IMG/VR virus record: IMGVR_UViG_3300010366_000024
Coordinates: 1 to 37,549 of that record
DNA: 37,549 bases
Strand: one strand, 5' to 3'
DNA from: a virus
Lineage: Duplodnaviria; Caudoviricetes
Shown here: positions 34,189 to 37,549 of the stretch, piece after piece
Layout: each line of letters starts with the position of its first letter
Numbering within the stretch: the first letter of the stretch is position 1
The notes under the pieces: model-generated
What the model was told of the DNA's origin: nothing
Seen by the model: only the letters and a program-made list of their open reading frames with translations
The model's database searches: none
Program-made: the position numbers and the translations under genes

Positions 34189-34614
34189 GTGGCGGACACC
34201 AAGGAGAAGCGGGCGGAGTGGAAGCCCGACGACATGGAGGACGGCGAATACTGGTGGCGGGTTTCTTCGCCGTACGTGACCGTGAAGACGGCCACCACGG
34301 AGGGCATGCGGATCATCGGCCTGCACCGGGGCGGCACGCTGCCGCTGGACGTGCGCGAGGAGCAGCTTGCCCACCTGGCCAGCCACGGCCTTATCGAGGC
34401 ATTCCCCATGTCCACCGGAGAGCGGGCACAGTTGGCCGCTGACCCGCCGGGCGGGGAGCCGGGGCCGCAGCGGGTGGACGTGCAGGCCGAGGAGGCGGCG
34501 GCCAAGGATGAGGGCGGCGGCCCGGCCCCTACCCAGGCCGCTGGCCGCCAGGCGGGCTCCACGTCCGCCCGGCCGGGCGGCGGCACTTCCCGTAGCAAGG
34601 CCGCTGACAAGTAG
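34189..34614 (+). CDS. Small head-associated hypothetical protein
   Basis: GGAAGGGG RBS, follows capsid, QLAHLASHGLIE motif then low-complexity tail. Confidence 0.65.
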   Translation: MADTKEKRAEWKPDDMEDGEYWWRVSSPYVTVKTATTEGMRIIGLHRGGTLPLDVREEQLAHLASHGLIEAFPMSTGERAQLAADPPGGEPGPQRVDVQAEEAAAKDEGGGPAPTQAAGRQAGSTSARPGGGTSRSKAADK

Positions 34615-35066
34615 TGGGCGAGGCGTGGGCACCGACCACGGGTGAAGTCGCGGAGAAGATACCGACGCGCACCCGTGACCGGACCACGCCTGGCAGCACC
34701 CAGCTACTGGGGCAGTTCACCGAGAACACCGAGCCCACCGCCGAGCAGGCCCAGGGGTTCGTGGATAACGCGGTGGCGTGGGTGCTGGCCGCTACCGGGG
34801 CGCTGCCCACCACGGGGCAGTTGGCCGACGAGATACAGGCGTCGGCCCGTGACGCGGCGGCGTGGCGGGCAGCGGCTGACATCGAAATGGCCTACCCGGA
34901 GCGGACGGCCAATATCAACGTGGCAGCCACGCTGGACGCCAGAGCTAACGCGGCGCTGGCGCAGGTGCTGCTGGCGATCCGTGAGGAGCAGGGCGGCGGC
35001 CCGGAGTTGTACCCGCAATGGGCGGCCCCGGACCCGGTGACCTGGGGAGACGATCTGTTGCTGTGA
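34614..35066 (+). CDS. Head-to-tail adaptor
   Basis: Position; WAPT..EVA...RT, AAWRAAADIEMAYP pattern. Confidence 0.7.
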   Translation: MGEAWAPTTGEVAEKIPTRTRDRTTPGSTQLLGQFTENTEPTAEQAQGFVDNAVAWVLAATGALPTTGQLADEIQASARDAAAWRAAADIEMAYPERTANINVAATLDARANAALAQVLLAIREEQGGGPELYPQWAAPDPVTWGDDLLL

Positions 35067-35081
35067 GAGGGGGTGTGACGG

Positions 35082-35639
35082 ATGGCAACCACCAGGGTGG
35101 TGTGGCGTGACGCGGCTGTGAAGGCGTGGTACGAAGGCCACCCCCGGCGGGCGCTGTTTCTGCTTGCTGGCCTGGCAGCCGCCAAGATGAAGGCACACAT
35201 TCCGGTGTCGCCGGTACAGCCGGTGTACGCCTACCCCGTGCCCGCTGGCGGGTCAAAGGGCACCACCTACCAGGTGCCGGGTGCGTTCGGGCGGGGCTTG
35301 GCGCTGCCCAAAGGGCCTAACGTTCCACGCACCCGCTATCCAGGGGACCTGCCCCTGCGGCCTAGCGGCTACCTGCGCAACAGCGTGCGCATTGAAGCGA
35401 TCCCTGGGCCGCTGGAGCACGGCGGGGGCTACCTGATCGGCCCCACCGCACCGTACGGCAAGTGGGTCAACAACGGGACGCCGCCCCACATCATCCGGTC
35501 CACCGGGCCTTGGCCGCTGCGCAACCGGGCCACCGGCCAGGTGTTCGGCCCGGTGGTGCACCACCCGGGCACCAAGGGCGCGCACTTCATCGAGGCCACC
35601 TTGGTGGACATACGTGGTGAGGTGTTCCGGTTTGGCTAG
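35082..35639 (+). CDS. Tail completion/neck protein (HK97 gp10-like)
   Basis: SGYLRNS, YGKWVNNGTPPHII, VHHPGTKG..FI motifs. Confidence 0.75.
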   Translation: MATTRVVWRDAAVKAWYEGHPRRALFLLAGLAAAKMKAHIPVSPVQPVYAYPVPAGGSKGTTYQVPGAFGRGLALPKGPNVPRTRYPGDLPLRPSGYLRNSVRIEAIPGPLEHGGGYLIGPTAPYGKWVNNGTPPHIIRSTGPWPLRNRATGQVFGPVVHHPGTKGAHFIEATLVDIRGEVFRFG

Positions 35640-36060
35640 CGCAGCGGAGTTGGCGGTGAACACCTGGACCAACAGCATGGCGGCCCTGGTGGGTGTGGGG
35701 CAGCCGCTGGCCAACGGGTGTTTTCTCCAGCCGCCGCCGCGCAGCCCGGCGTCGGGGCCGTGGGCGCTGGTGTCGCGCATCGGCGGCGGCAGCCCGCTGG
35801 TGGCTGAGGACACGGCGGTGACGACCGCGCGCATGCAGTGGGACGTGTACTGCAACGACGAGGTTGCGTGCGAGGCGGCGGCGGCCGGCATCGCCGCCGC
35901 CGTGGAGAACCTGAACGGCAGCCCGGTGCCCACCGGCACGGGGCTGCTGATCTTGGTGTCCGACAACTTGGCAGGCCCGGTGTACGTGCCGCAGCCCGCT
36001 GACGCCTCGGAGCCCTACCTGTTCCAAGTACAGGCCGACCTGGTGTTGGCCCCCGCGTAA
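35632..36060 (+). CDS. Tail terminator
   Basis: Position; VSRIGG, ARMQWDVY, YLFQVQADL; TTG start after GAGGTG. Confidence 0.7.
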   Translation: MASAAELAVNTWTNSMAALVGVGQPLANGCFLQPPPRSPASGPWALVSRIGGGSPLVAEDTAVTTARMQWDVYCNDEVACEAAAAGIAAAVENLNGSPVPTGTGLLILVSDNLAGPVYVPQPADASEPYLFQVQADLVLAPA

Positions 36061-36072
36061 GGAGCACACAAC

Positions 36073-36426
36073 ATGGCAGCACTTACCCCCGTCGTCTGCT
36101 CCCGTACCGGGGGCGGGGCGGCGGCCACCCTGTCCGCAGCGAGCGCTGGCGGCGACACCATGCCCGCTGGGGGACAGGCGTTCCTGCGGGTGAAGAACGG
36201 CAACGCGGCGGCGTGCACGGTGACCGTGACGCCGGTAGCGGGGTCGGGGCCGAACGGGACCACTATTGCCCCGTTCGCGCTAAGCCCGGCGGTGGAAGCC
36301 ACCACGGGGGAGCGCATTTTTGGGCCGTTCCCGCAGTACCCGTTCGGTGACACCAACGGCAACGTCAACTTCTCCTACAGCGTCACCAGCAGCGTGACCG
36401 TGCAGGCGCTGCTTATGAGCAGCTAG
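36073..36426 (+). CDS. Small virion structural protein
   Basis: AASAGGD...LRVKNG...IFGPFP pattern; AAGGAGCACAC RBS. Confidence 0.7.
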   Translation: MAALTPVVCSRTGGGAAATLSAASAGGDTMPAGGQAFLRVKNGNAAACTVTVTPVAGSGPNGTTIAPFALSPAVEATTGERIFGPFPQYPFGDTNGNVNFSYSVTSSVTVQALLMSS

Positions 36427-36437
36427 GGCGGCGCGCT

Positions 36438-36731
36438 ATGGCAGGACCACGCACCAAGGCCAAGGCCGGGGCCGCCAAGGAGGAGCCCCCGGCGCAGCCG
36501 CCTTACTACGTTGCCACGGCTGACCTGCACCAGGGTGCGGCGGTGGACTTGATGGCGGTGTGCGCGTTCCGGGCCGGCGATCACGTGCCGGCGGACGTGC
36601 GCGACACCAACCCGGAGTGGCAGCAGTGGCTGGTCACCCCGGAGGAAGCCGAGGCCGCCAGCGCAGCCGAGGAAGACCAGGCCCCGCCAGGGGCTACGAC
36701 AGGCGCTGGCAGCGGCCAGGGTGAGGAGTAA
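36438..36731 (+). CDS. Hypothetical protein
   Basis: YVATADL...AFRAGDHVP core; co-oriented in tail operon. Confidence 0.65.
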   Translation: MAGPRTKAKAGAAKEEPPAQPPYYVATADLHQGAAVDLMAVCAFRAGDHVPADVRDTNPEWQQWLVTPEEAEAASAAEEDQAPPGATTGAGSGQGEE

Positions 36732-36734
36732 GCA

Positions 36735-37295
36735 ATGCCGGCAAGAGGCAACCCGGCGGCCCTGTCCCTGGGGCCTGGGTACCTGTACATAGCCCCGCTG
36801 GGCACCACCGAGCCCACCGACGTGGCAACGTCGCTGGCCACGGTGAGCGCGGCGTGGGTGCTGATGGGGTACACCGACACCGGCAGCGAGTTCCACTACC
36901 AGACCAACACCGACATGGTGGAGGTCGCGGAAGTGCTGGACCCGCTGTCCTACCAGCCGACCAGCCGTGCCGGGACCGTGCAGTTTGCCCTGGCACAGAT
37001 CACGGTGGCCAACCTCAAGGCCGCGTTCAACGGCGGCAACGTGTCCACCGGCAGCGGCGTGCTGATCTACGAGCCCCCGGACCTGGGCTCCGAGGTGCGG
37101 GCCATGCTGCTGCTGGAGAGCGAGGACCACACCGAGCGGTGGATTTACCGCCAGTGCTTCCAAAGCGGCGACGTGGCCATTGTGCGTGCCAAGGGCGCGG
37201 CCAAGGCCACCATCCCGGTCACGTTCAACCTGGAGCTTCCTGCCACGGGGCTGCGGCCGTGGCGGGCCATCCTGGCCAACCCGCAGCGCGCCTGA
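36735..37295 (+). CDS. Major tail (tube) protein
   Basis: LGPGYLYIAPLGTTEP, W..MGYTDTG, ATIPVTFNLE siphovirus tail-tube pattern; GAGGAG RBS. Confidence 0.85.
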   Translation: MPARGNPAALSLGPGYLYIAPLGTTEPTDVATSLATVSAAWVLMGYTDTGSEFHYQTNTDMVEVAEVLDPLSYQPTSRAGTVQFALAQITVANLKAAFNGGNVSTGSGVLIYEPPDLGSEVRAMLLLESEDHTERWIYRQCFQSGDVAIVRAKGAAKATIPVTFNLELPATGLRPWRAILANPQRA

Positions 37296-37322
37296 CCAAA
37301 CACAGAAGGGACGTAGCAGCGC

Positions 37323-37549
37323 ATGCGTACCTATGTCAGCCAACCGGAGGGCACCGAGCCCCTAGTCAACCCGCTTGCCGGGGTCAGCTTCGTACTGGAT
37401 GGGGAGGAGTTCCATTGCAATGGGGAACCCGACCTGCTGGACCAGTCGGAGCTTGCCCTGCTGGCCGCCAGCGCCACCGACATTCGCCGCCCGGAGGCGC
37501 AGGCGGCCATCGCGGCCTTCCTGCAGATGGCGTTCGGGCCGCAGGAGTA
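37323..37549 (+). CDS. Tail assembly chaperone (3'-truncated)
   Basis: MRTYVSQPEG...SFVLDGEEFHC... open to window end, directly after tail tube. Confidence 0.7.
   Translation, partial: MRTYVSQPEGTEPLVNPLAGVSFVLDGEEFHCNGEPDLLDQSELALLAASATDIRRPEAQAAIAAFLQMAFGPQE

Larger units (their letters stand above)
1..37549 (+). mobile_element. Actinobacterial tailed phage/prophage genome segment (siphovirus-type head and tail operon)
   Basis: Ordered TerL-portal-protease/scaffold-capsid-head/tail-tail tube-chaperone genes, dense co-oriented small ORFs with ATGA/GTGA overlaps, very high GC; no host housekeeping genes seen. Confidence 0.95.

Overview
High-GC, almost entirely + strand fragment of a tailed (siphovirus-type) actinobacterial phage or prophage. 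From left to right it carries: (1) a 7-deazaguanine DNA-modification cluster (TGT/DpdA-like transglycosylase, queC, queD, queE, folE) with a queF gene inverted inside it; (2) an RHH regulator and an actinomycete plasmid/AICE-type transfer module (traA-like gene with one in-frame stop, TraB-type FtsK translocase, clt-like repeats, membrane proteins, YdjM-like hydrolase, HigA-like HTH); (3) a two-domain small-terminase-like gene containing a sharp C-rich to G-rich strand-composition switch; (4) about 8 kb of small unknown ORFs; (5) a block of fibre-like structural genes placed before the large terminase; (6) TerL, an approximately 780 bp hairpin-rich intergenic region, portal-MuF fusion, protease/scaffold, two decoration paralogues, major capsid, head-tail genes, tail tube and the start of the tail chaperone. 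Recurrent cis motifs are a 19-bp GGTAAAC-N5-GGTTACC dyad, an extended GGAGAGGAGCAC start-associated sequence and TANNNT boxes 6-7 nt before start codons (leaderless-type). All calls come from motif recognition by eye; no searches were run.
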